Shown here: positions 64,000 to 64,000 of the stretch, piece after piece | Layout of the letters: every line of letters starts with the position of its first letter | How positions within the stretch are numbered: position 1 is the stretch's first letter | Source of the DNA: a virus | Virus record (IMG/VR): IMGVR_UViG_3300044826_000112 | Length of the DNA stretch: 64,000 bases | Direction: 5' to 3' (one strand) | Notes under the pieces: model-generated | Told to the model about the DNA's origin: nothing | The model's input: only the letters and a program-made list of their open reading frames with translations | Databases searched by the model: none | Program-made: the position numbers and the translations under genes

Positions 64000-64000
64000 A

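Noticed and set aside
1-64000. tRNA/rRNA genes, integrase, transposase, introns or inteins in RNR/terminase genes
   Set aside because: None recognised by eye and gene lengths look normal; tRNAscan-SE and Infernal would be needed to exclude them formally.

Overview
This is a 64-kb segment of a large (jumbo-type) myovirus genome. The host is probably gammaproteobacterial, inferred from E. coli-like NrdA/NrdB sequences and an FNR-like box. Positions 1-11.2 kb (+ strand) hold nucleotide-metabolism and early genes: nrdA C-terminus, nrdD, nrdB and a dNMP kinase. Most of 11.2-64 kb is a - strand lysis and virion morphogenesis cluster: endolysin, holin, baseplate, a sigma-like factor, hub-lysozyme, tape measure, tail chaperones, terminase, PAAR/spike, tube, sheath, neck, major capsid protein, prohead protease and K-x-A-rich core proteins. 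Two + strand islands interrupt this cluster. Island 1 (30.1-35.2 kb) is a PRTRC-like ubiquitin-type conjugation operon: a tandem di-Ubl precursor (two GTKG-ending units plus a blocking ND tail), two unknown genes, an E2-like protein, a JAB protease with an internal -1 frameshift-like signal, and a ThiF/E1 enzyme. Island 2 (39.2-47.1 kb) follows an origin-like iteron region and starts with a retron-type reverse transcriptase operon, then KilA-N, MazG, glutaredoxin, a four-member paralogue array and a Nudix gene. Other signals are a lambda G/GT-type -1 frameshift, a DUF3140-like gene split by an in-frame TGA, an RNAP beta-prime Zn-module fragment among tail genes, a shared N-terminal MxxLLK[IL]A tag on four basic proteins, and a recurrent GGTATAAG promoter motif. 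All assignments come from motif recognition by eye; no database searches were run.
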